NCBI GenBank assembly: GCA_043810865.1
Contig: JBDRNS010000005.1
Location: 2,821-66,820, forward strand
DNA length: 64,000 nucleotides
Direction: 5' to 3'
DNA from: an archaeon
GTDB lineage: Archaea; Nanobdellota; Nanobdellia; Pacearchaeales; GW2011-AR1
The notes below the pieces were generated by a model, which searched no databases, was not told the DNA's origin, and was given only the letters and a program-made list of their open reading frames with translations. Positions 8,919-21,317 of this stretch are shown one piece after another. Each line of letters begins with the position of its first letter. The first letter of the stretch is position 1. The position numbers and the translations under genes were made by a program.

Positions 8919-10130
8919 ATGGCGAAAATAAATAATGAAGTTCCTGAACTGAATGTTGGCGTAGTCGGGCATATAGATCACGGGAAGACGAGTTTGCTAA
9001 GCAAGCTTACAGGGAAATTTACAGATACGCATTCGGAGGAATTGAAAAGAGGAATTACAATTAAACTAGGTTATGCTGATATGACGATTTATAAGTGCGG
9101 CGATGAATTTTTTAGTAAAGAACAAAAAGGAAAAAAATGCGAGCCGTTCAGATACATAAGTTTTGTTGATGCTCCCGGGCATGAAATGCTTATGGCTACA
9201 ATGCTGTCAGGGGCGGCGATAACAGATGTTGCGATTCTTGTAATAGCTGCGAATGAGGGAATAAAACCGCAGACAAGAGAACATTTCATGGCATTGCAGG
9301 CAAAAAAAATAAAAAAACTTATTATTGTGCAAAATAAAATTGATTTGGTTAGCAAGGAAAAAGCAGTTAAGAATTATGGTGAAATAAAAGATTTAATCAA
9401 GGGAACGATTTATGAAAATACACCGATTATCCCTGTTTCGACTTTGCAGGAAATCAATATAAATAATTTGGTAAAAGAACTAGCGGAAGTGGAAATCCCC
9501 AAGAGAGAAACAAACACTGAACCGATTTTTTTGGTTGCGCGAAGTTTTGACATAAACAAGCCCGGAACAGAAATAAAAAATCTTAAGGGAGGAGTTCTCG
9601 GAGGAATTTTGAAGAGAGGGATTTTGAAAGTCGGTGATGAAATTGAGATAAAGCCGGGACTGGATTTGAAAAAAGGAAATCAGAATTTTTATCAAACACT
9701 TACGACAAAAATTCTCTCGCTTCACAAAGGAAACAAATCTGTTGACGAGATTTTGCCTGGAGCGAGTATTTCAATTGAGACATCTCTTGATCCTTTTCTG
9801 ACAAAATCAGATTCGCTTACCGGCTCAGTAGTTTCCCTGGAAAATGTTTTGCCAGAACTGAAAAATAACATAAAATTAAATTTTAAACTTTTCAGCGAAG
9901 TTTTTGGTTCTGCGAACAAACAGGTAATTGAGCCGCTGAAAGTCAAGGAAATGCTTATGCTTAGTGTTAATACAACAATTACTGTCGGTGTTATAGAGAA
10001 AATAAAAGGAAATGAAATTGAACTTAATCTTAATATTCCTATTGTTGCGCTTGAAGGAAGCAATGTGGGAATAGCACGAAATATAAACGGGCACTGGCGA
10101 CTGATTGGGTGGGGAGAGATAACAGGATGA
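8919..10130 (+). CDS. eif2g: translation initiation factor aIF2 gamma subunit
   Basis: GHIDHGKT, EELKRGITIKLGY, DAPGHE, RSFDINKPG, WRLIGWG. Confidence 0.97.
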   Translation: MAKINNEVPELNVGVVGHIDHGKTSLLSKLTGKFTDTHSEELKRGITIKLGYADMTIYKCGDEFFSKEQKGKKCEPFRYISFVDAPGHEMLMATMLSGAAITDVAILVIAANEGIKPQTREHFMALQAKKIKKLIIVQNKIDLVSKEKAVKNYGEIKDLIKGTIYENTPIIPVSTLQEININNLVKELAEVEIPKRETNTEPIFLVARSFDINKPGTEIKNLKGGVLGGILKRGILKVGDEIEIKPGLDLKKGNQNFYQTLTTKILSLHKGNKSVDEILPGASISIETSLDPFLTKSDSLTGSVVSLENVLPELKNNIKLNFKLFSEVFGSANKQVIEPLKVKEMLMLSVNTTITVGVIEKIKGNEIELNLNIPIVALEGSNVGIARNINGHWRLIGWGEITG

Positions 10131-10771
10131 TTAAACTTATAATTTTTGATTATGACGGAGTGATTGTTGATTCATTTGAGAATATTCATAAGATTTATCA
10201 GATTATTTGCGACAAACTTGGAAAATCCTGTCCTGAAACAATTGAAGAATTTAGAAAAATTTATGGATATAACTATTTTGAATGCTATAAAAAGTTAGGC
10301 ATAACTGGAGAAGAACACGAAAAAGCTGGGGAAATATTTAAGGAAGAAGTAATAAAGCAAGAGCCACTAATGTTTGAGGGTGTTGATAAAGTTATTAAAG
10401 AACTTGCTGAAAAATACAAATTAGCATTGGTCTCATCCACTTACAAAGAGGAAGTGATGCAGAAATTGGAGAAATTTAATTTGAAGGAATATTTCTCATC
10501 AATTGTTGGGATGGGCACCGCGACAATTTCTAAAGCAGAAGGATTTGTTAATGCTATGAAAAGGTTTGGAGTGTCCAAGGATGAAACTCTTATTATTGGC
10601 GACAGGGAAATTGATTACAATGCTGCACAAAAAGCAGGAATCAAGAATAAAATTCTTGTTGATTATGGTTGGGGTTATAATCCGGAAAATCTTGAGGGAT
10701 TTAATCAGAAAATAAAAGTTTACAAGCCGGAAGATTTGGTTAAAGCAGTTGAATTATTTGAGCAAGGTTAA
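10127..10771 (+). CDS. HAD-superfamily phosphatase
   Basis: IFDYDGVIVDS motif I, IGDREID motif IV. Confidence 0.9.
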   Translation: MIKLIIFDYDGVIVDSFENIHKIYQIICDKLGKSCPETIEEFRKIYGYNYFECYKKLGITGEEHEKAGEIFKEEVIKQEPLMFEGVDKVIKELAEKYKLALVSSTYKEEVMQKLEKFNLKEYFSSIVGMGTATISKAEGFVNAMKRFGVSKDETLIIGDREIDYNAAQKAGIKNKILVDYGWGYNPENLEGFNQKIKVYKPEDLVKAVELFEQG

Positions 10772-10802
10772 TTTTATAACCTCTTAATTTTTATAGTTCT
10801 TC

Positions 10803-11672
10803 ATGATAAAAAGAGACGGCAAAAAGAAATTTTTTTCGCACTCGAAACTTTCTGCATTTGAGCAATGCAATCTTAAATACAAATTCAGATATATCGACAG
10901 AATAATTCCTGAGATTGAAAAGACGATTGAGTCGCATCTCGGGAGTGTTGTTCACAGAACACTTGAATGGCTTTATACTCAGGTGAAGAGAAAAAGGGTC
11001 CCGGGCATCGAAGAAGTGATTTCAAAATATTCAGATATGTGGAAGGAAGATTATGAAGATGAAATTCCTATTGTAAAAAAAGGCATGACTTTGGAATATT
11101 ATTTCAACAAAGGAATTAATTTTCTCGTGAATTATTACATAGAGCACAAGCCGTTTGATGATAATACGATTGAAGTTGAGAAAGAAATTGAACTTGAACT
11201 TGACGAGGACGGAATTTACAGGATAAGGGGATTCATAGACCGGCTGGCTTACAATATTCATACGGATGAGTATGAAGTTCATGATTACAAAACGTCAAAT
11301 CATCTTCCGAGCAGCGAGGACATTGCAAATGACAGACAACTTGCGCTTTATTCAATCGCTGTAAAGGAAATTTACGGGAAAGAAAAAAAAGTAAGATTAG
11401 TTTGGCATTATCTTTCTTTCAACAAAAGAATTTATTCAAAGAGGACAAATGAGCAACTTGAAAAACTTAAAGAGGACACGCTGAATTTGATAAGGAAAAT
11501 AGAAGCGACGAAAGAATTTGCTCCGACGAAATCAGCTCTTTGCCATTGGTGTGAATACAAAAACATTTGTCCGGCGTGGGGAAACAAACCACCGGAGAAA
11601 CAAACAAGAATTGACGGTTTTGTAGAAGTCAAAAAAGAAGAAAACGGCGAGAAAATGGATATTTGGAATTAA
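10803..11672 (+). CDS. PD-(D/E)XK nuclease (RecB/AddB-like, probable Fe-S)
   Basis: SHSKL..C, GSVVH, GFIDRL, DYKT, QLALY, C-terminal CxxCxxxxxC. Confidence 0.85.
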   Translation: MIKRDGKKKFFSHSKLSAFEQCNLKYKFRYIDRIIPEIEKTIESHLGSVVHRTLEWLYTQVKRKRVPGIEEVISKYSDMWKEDYEDEIPIVKKGMTLEYYFNKGINFLVNYYIEHKPFDDNTIEVEKEIELELDEDGIYRIRGFIDRLAYNIHTDEYEVHDYKTSNHLPSSEDIANDRQLALYSIAVKEIYGKEKKVRLVWHYLSFNKRIYSKRTNEQLEKLKEDTLNLIRKIEATKEFAPTKSALCHWCEYKNICPAWGNKPPEKQTRIDGFVEVKKEENGEKMDIWN

Positions 11673-11890
11673 TTTAGCAAATATCCCGGGATTTCAGTTA
11701 AACCATTCATAAGTGCCATTTCATAGAATTCCTCATTTGTTCTTGCTATGTAAGTTCTTTTTTCATGAACAACTCTTCCTGCTACTGCATCTATCATCTG
11801 AAAATCTCCTTCTATACCCTGACTCTTAAATCTTTTTCCTTTGGCAAATTTTTCAGCAATACTTTGAACTTGGATACTGTCTGTTTTCAT
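11669..11890 (-). CDS. hypothetical protein (orphan)
   Basis: 73-aa ATG ORF, TTTATAAA upstream, stop overlaps neighbour's stop. Confidence 0.55.
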   Translation of the reverse strand: MKTDSIQVQSIAEKFAKGKRFKSQGIEGDFQMIDAVAGRVVHEKRTYIARTNEEFYEMALMNGLTEIPGYLLN

Positions 11891-11927
11891 TTTATTAAAT
11901 CAGAAAAATTTAGATTTATAAAACTTT

Positions 11928-14366
11928 TTATTCTTCCCCGTTGAGGTCCTGCACTCTGATTAAATCAGTAACATAGTCGCCCTGATGAAGTTTTACTATT
12001 CTGACACCCTGCGCTGTGCGTCCCATAATCCTGATATTTTTCAAACTTGTTCTTATAACAATTCCTTTTGCAGTTGTTATTATTATGTTGTCATCTTCGT
12101 TGACTGAAATTGTTGTAACAACGTCGCCTGTTTTTTCGGAGACCTTCAGGTTGATTACTCCTTTTCCTCCGCGTGCTGTTTTTCTGTAATCACTGACATT
12201 TGTTCTTTTTCCAAATCCGTTTTTTGTCACAGTCAAAACAGCTTTTGTATTTAATATTTCCAAACTTACAACTTCATCGTTTGCATGCAGACGTATTCCT
12301 GTAACACCATAACTTGCTCTTCCTGTATCCCGCACGTCGTCGCTGTTGAATCTTACAGCCATTCCTTTTTTTGTTGCGAGAAGAACTTCCTGCCCTTTTT
12401 TCAAAACCTGCACATCAATCAATGCATCTGAATTGTCGTTTGGGAGATTCATTGCTCTTACTCCTGAGGCCCTTGGCTTTGAGAAATTATTCAAAGATAT
12501 TTTCTTCACAACTCCTTTTTTTGTTGCCATGAACAAAAAATCGTCGAAGTTTTTTACAGAGATTACATTTGTAATTTTTTCATTTTTCAAGTTTAGGATG
12601 TTTATGATTGCCTTGCTTTTTCCGTATCTTTCTGCTTCGGGAATTTCATACGCTTTCAGCCACAAGACCCTTCCTCTTGATGTGAAGAACATCAGATAAT
12701 CATGAGTTGAGCATGTTATCATTTGCTTTACAAAATCACCTGTTGCAAGATTGCTTCCTATGACTCCTTTTCCGCCTCTTTTTTGTTCTCTGTATGTCTT
12801 CACATCCATTCTTTTACAATACCCTTTTTCTGTTATTGTCACGACAACTTCTTTTTTCTGAACCAAATCCTTTTCGGAGATTTCAGAAATTTTGTTCAGA
12901 ACCTGCGTTCGTCTTTCATCGCCGTATTTCTTTTTGATTTCAGTTATTTCCTTTACAATTATTTTCAGGACTTCTTTTATGTCAGAAAGAGTTTTTTCGT
13001 ATTCGGCAATTTTGCTTTTTAATTCGTCCTGTTCTTTTTTAAGTTTTTCATGTTCCAGGGAGGTTAATTGCTGAAGTTTTGTTTCAAGAACCGCCTGTCC
13101 CTGTCTTTTGCTGAGAGAAAATTTTTTCATCAGAATTTCAAGAGCTTCAGCACCTGTCTTGGATTTTTTAATCAGAGAAATAATTTCATCAATGTTTTTC
13201 AGAGCGGTAAGCAATCCTGAAACAATTTCCATACGATCTTTTGCTTTTTTCAACTCGAATTTGGTCCTGTTTGTTATTATTAATTTTCTGTATTTTACAT
13301 ATTCGCTGACAATTTCTTTCAGATTCAAAACTTTTGGCTGCCCGTCGACAAGTGCAAGAATATTCACGTTAAATGAATCCTGCAGACGCGTGTATTTGTG
13401 AAGAGCATTTATAACAAATTTTGAATTTGTGCCTTTTCTTAATTCGAGCACAATCCTTATTTTTCCTTTTGATGATTCATCTCTTAAATCAGAAACATCC
13501 TTGATTTTTTTGTCCTGAACCATTTTCGCAATTTGTTCAACCAAAGTTGATTTGTTAATCATGTAAGGAATTTCTGTTATGACAATCAAGTCCCTGTTTT
13601 TTACTGCTTCGGTTGTTATTTTTCCTCTGAGCATTAGTTTTCCTTTTCCTGTTTTGTAAAGTTCTGTCATGTCTCCTGAAACAGTTCCTCCTGTGGGAAA
13701 GTCAGGCGCTTTTACTATTTGGCAAAGTTCTTCAACTGACATTTCGGGATTTTTTATAAAAGCCATAATTGCATCGCAAACTTCTGTCAGGTTATGTGGA
13801 GGAATGTTTGTTGCCATACCGACTGCTATACCTGTTGCTCCGTTGAGAATTAATGCAGGAAGTTTTCCCGGGAGAAGAAGCGGCTCTTTGAGCGAGTTGT
13901 CAAAATTCGGGACAAATTTCACAGTTTCTTTTTCAATGTCTTCTATTAATTCAAGAGCTATTTTCGTGAATTTTGCTTCAGTATATCTGTATGCAGCAGG
14001 AGGGTCACCGTCGATAGAACCGAAGTTTCCCTGCCCGAAAACAAAAGGATAGCGAAGAGAGAAATTCTGAGCCATTCTTACCAGTGCATCGTAAACAGCT
14101 ATATCTCCGTGAGGATGAAATTTACCGATAACATCTCCAACAATTCTTGCGGATTTTTTTGTCTGTGTTTCAGGTTTCAAACCCATAAGATTCATTGCAT
14201 AAAGAATTCTTCTCTGGACAGGTTTTAGTCCGTCTTCAATTGCAGGTATTGCACGCGAGACAATAACAGACATGGCGTAATCAAGATACGCTTTTTTCAT
14301 TTCTGTTGAGACCTCTGAGTTGATTACTCCTTTCTCATTTTGTCCGTTTTTGTTTTCGTCAGTCAT
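11928..14366 (-). CDS. gyrA: DNA gyrase subunit A
   Basis: [34 protein letters not shown], GyrA box QKRGGKG. Confidence 0.97.
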   Translation of the reverse strand: MTDENKNGQNEKGVINSEVSTEMKKAYLDYAMSVIVSRAIPAIEDGLKPVQRRILYAMNLMGLKPETQTKKSARIVGDVIGKFHPHGDIAVYDALVRMAQNFSLRYPFVFGQGNFGSIDGDPPAAYRYTEAKFTKIALELIEDIEKETVKFVPNFDNSLKEPLLLPGKLPALILNGATGIAVGMATNIPPHNLTEVCDAIMAFIKNPEMSVEELCQIVKAPDFPTGGTVSGDMTELYKTGKGKLMLRGKITTEAVKNRDLIVITEIPYMINKSTLVEQIAKMVQDKKIKDVSDLRDESSKGKIRIVLELRKGTNSKFVINALHKYTRLQDSFNVNILALVDGQPKVLNLKEIVSEYVKYRKLIITNRTKFELKKAKDRMEIVSGLLTALKNIDEIISLIKKSKTGAEALEILMKKFSLSKRQGQAVLETKLQQLTSLEHEKLKKEQDELKSKIAEYEKTLSDIKEVLKIIVKEITEIKKKYGDERRTQVLNKISEISEKDLVQKKEVVVTITEKGYCKRMDVKTYREQKRGGKGVIGSNLATGDFVKQMITCSTHDYLMFFTSRGRVLWLKAYEIPEAERYGKSKAIINILNLKNEKITNVISVKNFDDFLFMATKKGVVKKISLNNFSKPRASGVRAMNLPNDNSDALIDVQVLKKGQEVLLATKKGMAVRFNSDDVRDTGRASYGVTGIRLHANDEVVSLEILNTKAVLTVTKNGFGKRTNVSDYRKTARGGKGVINLKVSEKTGDVVTTISVNEDDNIIITTAKGIVIRTSLKNIRIMGRTAQGVRIVKLHQGDYVTDLIRVQDLNGEE

Positions 14367-14544
14367 CTTGTTCATTTTTCATGTAATTTATTTTCAAAAA
14401 TGTTTCATTGTCAATTTCAAGTTCAATCGGCTCTTTTTCTTCTTTCAGTTTTGCCAGTTCATTTATCCATTCGTCAATTTCTTCTGAGTCAAGGGAAAAT
14501 TCAATTTCTTCGGCCTCAATTATTTCTTCTGTTTCTTCTTCCAT
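14359..14544 (-). CDS. small acidic hypothetical protein
   Basis: ATG 14544 coupled TAAAATG to upstream gene; very Glu-rich. Confidence 0.6.
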   Translation of the reverse strand: MEEETEEIIEAEEIEFSLDSEEIDEWINELAKLKEEKEPIELEIDNETFLKINYMKNEQDD

Positions 14545-14545
14545 T

Positions 14546-14821
14546 TTAATTAACAGATTCTCCTTTTTCATCGAGATATTTCATGAATTCCTCTTCGCTT
14601 AGATTTTTTTGTTTTATGTCTCTTCCTTTCCATCCGCATTTTCTGCATTCCCAGTTATCTGCTTTCTTTCCTTCTTCTCCGATTAGGACAACGCCGACAT
14701 TATCACTTCCACATTTAGGGCATGTGCGAATTTTGAACGTCTTGCCTTTTGTTTTTGATTTCTCTGAATTTGGAGAAGTTTTTCCTTTCAAAACCCAGTC
14801 AGGTGTTTTTATTTTTCCCAT
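14546..14821 (-). CDS. Zn-ribbon protein
   Basis: CPKCGS...WECRKCGW. Confidence 0.8.
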   Translation of the reverse strand: MGKIKTPDWVLKGKTSPNSEKSKTKGKTFKIRTCPKCGSDNVGVVLIGEEGKKADNWECRKCGWKGRDIKQKNLSEEEFMKYLDEKGESVN

Positions 14822-15150
14822 TTTTCTTTTTCCAAATTAAAAGTATAATTTCCCTCCCCGCAAGAATATACCGAACAGCCGAGCAGGACATTTGTAAATG
14901 TTTTTTCAATTTTATTCACACAAAGTTCTCTTTCCTTGTCTAATTCAAATCCTAGTGAGCATTTAAGTCGGTTTCTTTCAACGCAATTGCAGTTTTCAGG
15001 AAGCCAGTCCTCAAAATATTTTTGTTCTTCTTCCTGTTGCTTTATTACATTTGCTGTCTGAATTTTGTTAACAGAAATCAGAGTGATTAATCCTATTATT
15101 ATCAAGACAGCTATTGCGAAACCCACGTTTTTTGTTTTTTTGTTTATCAT
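14809..15150 (-). CDS. membrane-anchored Cys-rich hypothetical protein
   Basis: N-terminal TM helix, six Cys. Confidence 0.7.
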   Translation of the reverse strand: MINKKTKNVGFAIAVLIIIGLITLISVNKIQTANVIKQQEEEQKYFEDWLPENCNCVERNRLKCSLGFELDKERELCVNKIEKTFTNVLLGCSVYSCGEGNYTFNLEKEKWEK

Positions 15151-15487
15151 TCTGCCCTCCCGTAATCGTCTTCCAGACGAACAATGTCATTTTCGTCAAC
15201 TTCCCCTATTGCTACTTCTATAAATTCCAATCCTTCACGGTAAGCTTCGGCTCTATGAACTGCTCTAACAGGAATATGAACGTAATCTCCTATTTTAACA
15301 TCTCTTTCTAAATTTCCAACAGTAACCCTGCCTTTGCCTTTAATAATAATCCATTGTTCTTCTCTTTTTTTGTGATATTGCAAACTGAGTTTTTTGTCTG
15401 GTTCTACTTTTATTATTTTGACTTTTGAATTATCTTTTTCATATAGAATGTCATATCTTCCCCACGGGCGTATGTTTTCTTCTGTCA

Positions 15488-15488
<1 letters not shown>
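15147..15488 (-). CDS. mannose-6-phosphate isomerase type II C-terminal cupin
   Basis: RPWGRY, LSLQYHKKREEQW, DIVRLEDDYGR. Confidence 0.92.
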
Positions 15489-17392
<1,904 letters not shown>

Positions 17393-17619
17393 TTAGTAGG
17401 AGATTTTCTCCGTCGAGAAATTTCACATTATATAAAATATTGTTTTCTTTAAAAACCTTGCTGCCAAAATTCAGCTATTTTAAGACGAGAAACGACAAAA
17501 TCTGAAAAGGTGTTTGTTTTCCGAGGTTTAATTTGGAGTGATGAAAATGATGTTTATTTTTACTATTTAATAGTGATAATAATAGTAAAATTTATAAAGC
17601 AGAAATTTATGGATTTTGG

Positions 17620-18186
17620 ATGGAAACATCAGCTGAAAGAACAGGATATGAGGAACCAACAAAAATGGAAAATCCAAGATCAAAATTAGCAAAAGTTGGG
17701 AGAGGAATTGTTTTGGCAACAGCTGCATATTTTGGCCTTTTTGGTGGAACTGCTTATGCTAATACTTCAGCTGAACAAGAAGCACTTAATTATGTTAGAA
17801 GAAATAATATTGATTTATCTGTTTTAGCTAGGGATGAAAAACCTGTTGATTTGTATTCCATGGGAGGTTCTGATACAAATAAAGTTGTAATTACTGATAA
17901 ATCATTGCCATATATTAATAGGATTGATAATTTGATACAAGAATTAAACAGAAGAAGAATTGAAAATTGGGATAATGGAAAGGGAGGAGATGCCTTTGAA
18001 ACTCTAGAGATGACTGCTGAAGATGTTGAGAGTGTTATTAATGCAATGGATGCTGGATATGATTGTTCTGACTCAAATGCAGGACCCAAAGGAAGGTTGG
18101 ATCACTTGATTACAGGTAAAGAAGCAAGAAGTTCACATTCTTGTATAGTTGATTATTTAGAAAGACAAATAGCAAACTTGAAATAA
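17620..18186 (+). CDS. secreted hypothetical protein
   Basis: signal-like hydrophobic stretch ending AYA; TATA at 17591. Confidence 0.7.
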   Translation: METSAERTGYEEPTKMENPRSKLAKVGRGIVLATAAYFGLFGGTAYANTSAEQEALNYVRRNNIDLSVLARDEKPVDLYSMGGSDTNKVVITDKSLPYINRIDNLIQELNRRRIENWDNGKGGDAFETLEMTAEDVESVINAMDAGYDCSDSNAGPKGRLDHLITGKEARSSHSCIVDYLERQIANLK

Positions 18187-18233
18187 AATGAAAAATAAGA
18201 ATTCAAACAAAGTTGAAAGGAGATTAAGATAAA

Positions 18234-18692
18234 ATGGAAAAAGAAAAAAACGGAAAGGGAGCTTTGACAAGAAGAAATTTTTTAGCAGGAATTCTAGGTT
18301 TAGTTGGGAGCGCAATGATTCCAAAAATTGCCAGAACAGAACCGAGATTTGTAGATGATATTTTATATATGGATGTTGCAAAGCCGGTTTATTATCCTTC
18401 AGAAGTAAGGTTTACAACAGAAGAAGGAGCAGAAGTAACAATAAAAGATCTTGACGGAGATGGCATAATTGACTGGGCTTGTAATAATTATGGTTGGGGG
18501 CAGAGGATTTTTAGAAGAAATAAATCCAGTGTTGGAGAAGGAAGAAGAATTGAAAAAAATGAAAGTGACCCTTGGTTTATGTTTGATGTATGGGACAGAA
18601 ATCCTGGTAAAGGAGATTTTGACTATGGTGGTAAAGCAAATGTTTTCAATTATTATCAGAGACAATTTGATCAAAGACAAAAAAATATTTAA
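18234..18692 (+). CDS. secreted hypothetical protein with Tat signal
   Basis: LTRRNFL twin-arginine motif; DLDGDGIID loop. Confidence 0.7.
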   Translation: MEKEKNGKGALTRRNFLAGILGLVGSAMIPKIARTEPRFVDDILYMDVAKPVYYPSEVRFTTEEGAEVTIKDLDGDGIIDWACNNYGWGQRIFRRNKSSVGEGRRIEKNESDPWFMFDVWDRNPGKGDFDYGGKANVFNYYQRQFDQRQKNI

Positions 18693-18723
18693 CAGCTGGT
18701 TTAGGAAATCGTTTTGCTTAATT

Positions 18724-18894
18724 TTATCCCTTAACTTTCTTTTTCTTAGAAATCCACCTGACTTTTCTTCTCTGCATCGCCATGTTTTTTTTGCATTTGC
18801 TGGAACAAAGGTAATTAATGTTTCCTTTGTTTGTAACTAATGTAAGTCCGCGAGGGAATTCATATATTTTTCCACAATAAACACATTTAGGCAT
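18724..18894 (-). CDS. rpl24e: 50S ribosomal protein L24e
   Basis: MPKCVYCG..PRG..CSSKCKKN..RKVRW; start reset to ATG 18894. Confidence 0.93.
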   Translation of the reverse strand: MPKCVYCGKIYEFPRGLTLVTNKGNINYLCSSKCKKNMAMQRRKVRWISKKKKVKG

Positions 18895-19144
18895 TTGGGA
18901 TAACCTCCAAAGGATTTGTTTCGAGCCAATATCTTTTTCTTGAAACAAGAAGAGATATGTGTGGTTCATTTCCGTGAGTTCTTATAGCATAATTTCTCCC
19001 TTTAAGATATTCAAAAACAGGTGCGATGTTTCCCCATGATGTTTGATGCATGGCTTCATAGCAAAGATTGTTTTTGTCGCTAAAGAATTCTGCAATTTTT
19101 CTTTCTAATTTCTCCATCTCTTCCTGAAATTTTTTATCTTTCAT
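18887..19144 (-). CDS. hypothetical protein inside ribosomal protein operon
   Basis: 85-aa ORF, TAATG-coupled to rps28e, overlaps rpl24e start. Confidence 0.6.
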   Translation of the reverse strand: MKDKKFQEEMEKLERKIAEFFSDKNNLCYEAMHQTSWGNIAPVFEYLKGRNYAIRTHGNEPHISLLVSRKRYWLETNPLEVIPNA

Positions 19145-19440
19145 TATGTGTAGGCACCTTTTGTGACTTTTGATTTTATTTTTCTTGCTTCAATTTCTGT
19201 TTCCCTTAACATTAAGTAGTCGCCGACTTTTACCGCGCCTTTTACATTTCTTCTAATTACTCTTCCCTGATCTCTGCCTTCCATAACCTGGCACCTGACT
19301 TGCGTGATTTCTCCTCTGAAACCTGTTCTTCCTATTATTTCCTCGACGAGTGCGGGCACTGCTTCTCCTGAAACAATTTTCGCGCTTCCTTTACTTCCTC
19401 CTGATTGTTTCTGCTGCTGGGGTTTTTGTGTTTTCGCCAT
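19144..19440 (-). CDS. rps28e: 30S ribosomal protein S28e
   Basis: [35 protein letters not shown]. Confidence 0.95.
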   Translation of the reverse strand: MAKTQKPQQQKQSGGSKGSAKIVSGEAVPALVEEIIGRTGFRGEITQVRCQVMEGRDQGRVIRRNVKGAVKVGDYLMLRETEIEARKIKSKVTKGAYT

Positions 19441-19441
19441 T

Positions 19442-19642
19442 TTAATTTTGGTTTTGATACTGGTTTAAAGTTTTAAATTTATTTAAAGGCATTATTTTAT
19501 AATTTGCCTGAAATTTTCCAGAAACATTTTCCTGCTCTTCTAATCTAATTTCTCTGGCAGTTCTAACATCTTTTAAACTTCCTCTCGCTATCATCCATTC
19601 TATTCCATCCCTGTGTATTCCTGTTAAAACATATTCTGTCAT
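19442..19642 (-). CDS. hypothetical protein inside ribosomal protein operon
   Basis: 66-aa ORF with TAAAATG junctions on both sides. Confidence 0.6.
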   Translation of the reverse strand: MTEYVLTGIHRDGIEWMIARGSLKDVRTAREIRLEEQENVSGKFQANYKIMPLNKFKTLNQYQNQN

Positions 19643-19643
19643 T

Positions 19644-19949
19644 TTATTTCAAAGAATTAATATCTTTTTGTGCGTCTCCTGATTCAATTACTGCGACACT
19701 TGATGTTGAGACAGGAATTCCTGCGGCAATTCCGAGTTTTTGCTTGCTGTCTGCCTCCTGGCACGGAATATTTTTTTCCTTGCATAAAACAGGAATGTGC
19801 TGGACAATTTCTTTTGGTTCCACATCTTTCGCGTAAGCGACAAGTTTTGCAGTTCCGCGTTCAATTGCTTTTGTAACTTCGTTTGTGCCTTTTTCTATTT
19901 TTCCTGTTTTCCTTGCCTTTTCGATTATTGAATAAATATCTATAGCCAT
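19644..19949 (-). CDS. rpl7ae: 50S ribosomal protein L7Ae
   Basis: [30 protein letters not shown]. Confidence 0.96.
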   Translation of the reverse strand: MAIDIYSIIEKARKTGKIEKGTNEVTKAIERGTAKLVAYAKDVEPKEIVQHIPVLCKEKNIPCQEADSKQKLGIAAGIPVSTSSVAVIESGDAQKDINSLK

Positions 19950-19957
19950 TTTAATAA

Positions 19958-20000
19958 ATCTTAGAACGAGTCCCTCGCGAAAGAGTTTCGTTCATCGGAT
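19958..20000 (-). promoter_or_regulatory. structured 5' leader of rpl7ae operon
   Basis: GAACGA/TCGTTC stem enclosing CTC/GAG hairpin between TATA (about 20022-20029) and ATG. Confidence 0.4.
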
Positions 20001-20066
20001 ATTTTAGTGAAAAGAAATGAGTTTTTAAAGTTTGCGTGTTAAAATTTTTGTTTCTTTTGTTTAAAT

Positions 20067-20159
20067 TCTCTCACTCCAAAGTCGCTCGTTATTAATGAAT
20101 TGTTAACATTGAATCTTCATAATATCATTAATATCTAAATCGTGAGCAAAGCGAGCGCA
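20067..20159 (+). repeat. dispersed repeat element, copy D (short)
   Basis: left CTCACTCCAAAGTCGCTCGTTATT (cf. copy K), right AATCGTGAGCAAAGCGAGCGCA. Confidence 0.75.
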
Positions 20160-20192
20160 TGTCTTTAGAAAGTTATCACGGGAAATTTATAA

Positions 20193-21317
20193 TTAATTTC
20201 TCCACCTTACCTCAACATCATCTGTTCTTTGTCTTGGTTTTATGTCCAAATCCTGCGCGCTTTTTCCAGAGAACTTTATTCCTGCTCTGAACATGATTTC
20301 TCCGAGGAATGCAATCATTGTGCCATTATCAACGAGAAGAGAATTTTCAGGAACAAAGAATTTTGCTCCTCTTTCCCTGCACATAATCCTGCACATTTCC
20401 TGAAGGCGTTTGTTGCATCCTACTCCTCCTCCTAACAATAATTCGGTTTTTCCTGTATGTGCAAGAGCACGTTCTGCAACTTCAACAAGCATTGCAAAGA
20501 CGGTTTCTTGCAGAGAATATGATAAGTCCTCGAGAGTGTAATTTGTCTCGCTATTATTCCCTCCGCCGGCGCCCCGACCACCCGCCCCCTTAGAAGTTGC
20601 TAATTGAGAAACAATTTTTTGATTAATATTCCTCCCCTGATTTTTTTGAGCAGGTAAATTTTTATTTATTTTTTCTAATTTTTGTTTCAGATTTGTTAAA
20701 ATTCCTGAGAGTGCAATGTCCATGCCTTTTACTTTGTATGGAAGTTCAATATAATTTTTTCCTTTTAATGCAAGAGATTCTATTTCCGGACCACCGGGAA
20801 ATCCCAATCCAGAATATCTTGCGAAAGTGTCAATAAAATTCCCAATACCTGTGTCGAGAGTTTCACCGAAAATTCTGTATTTTCCCGACGCGTATGCAAT
20901 TATTTGTGTGTTTGCTCCGGATGTGTAGAGCATTACCGGATTTTTGGCTCCTGTTGTTTTTCCGATTTCAAGATGCGCGATGCAATGATTTACAGGAACT
21001 AACGGCTTGTTTAATTTCAAAGCCAAAGATTTTGCAAATTTTATTCCTTCGAGCAAACAGGGAGACAAGCCAGGGCCTTGTGAAAAAGCAATTGCGTCAA
21101 TTTCATTTTCTTTAATTCCTGAATTTTTTATCGCTTTATTGTAAATTTTTTTGGAAATCAAGTTGTGATGTTTTGCAGCTTCTGTAGGAATTATCCCTCC
21201 TTTTTCTGTCGTGTAAGTGTCTTTTACATTTGCCAAAACCTGCGAGTTTTTTACAATTCCAATTCCAAAAGTATGCGCGGTTGATTCAATTCCCAGAATT
21301 ATTTTCCCAGTTTTCAT
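20193..21317 (-). CDS. kae1: tRNA t6A threonylcarbamoyltransferase Kae1 (with about 40-aa insertion)
   Basis: [43 protein letters not shown]. Confidence 0.95.
   Translation of the reverse strand: MKTGKIILGIESTAHTFGIGIVKNSQVLANVKDTYTTEKGGIIPTEAAKHHNLISKKIYNKAIKNSGIKENEIDAIAFSQGPGLSPCLLEGIKFAKSLALKLNKPLVPVNHCIAHLEIGKTTGAKNPVMLYTSGANTQIIAYASGKYRIFGETLDTGIGNFIDTFARYSGLGFPGGPEIESLALKGKNYIELPYKVKGMDIALSGILTNLKQKLEKINKNLPAQKNQGRNINQKIVSQLATSKGAGGRGAGGGNNSETNYTLEDLSYSLQETVFAMLVEVAERALAHTGKTELLLGGGVGCNKRLQEMCRIMCRERGAKFFVPENSLLVDNGTMIAFLGEIMFRAGIKFSGKSAQDLDIKPRQRTDDVEVRWRN
20540..20669 (+). repeat. repeat-element-derived in-frame insertion within kae1
   Basis: AATTTGTCTCGCT, CCACCCGCCCCC and TTAGAAGTTGC modules in the same orientation as intergenic copies. 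Confidence 0.6.

Noticed and set aside
10803..11672. Cas4-like nuclease as part of a CRISPR system
   Set aside because: No repeat-spacer array or other cas genes; fits a stand-alone PD-(D/E)XK nuclease.
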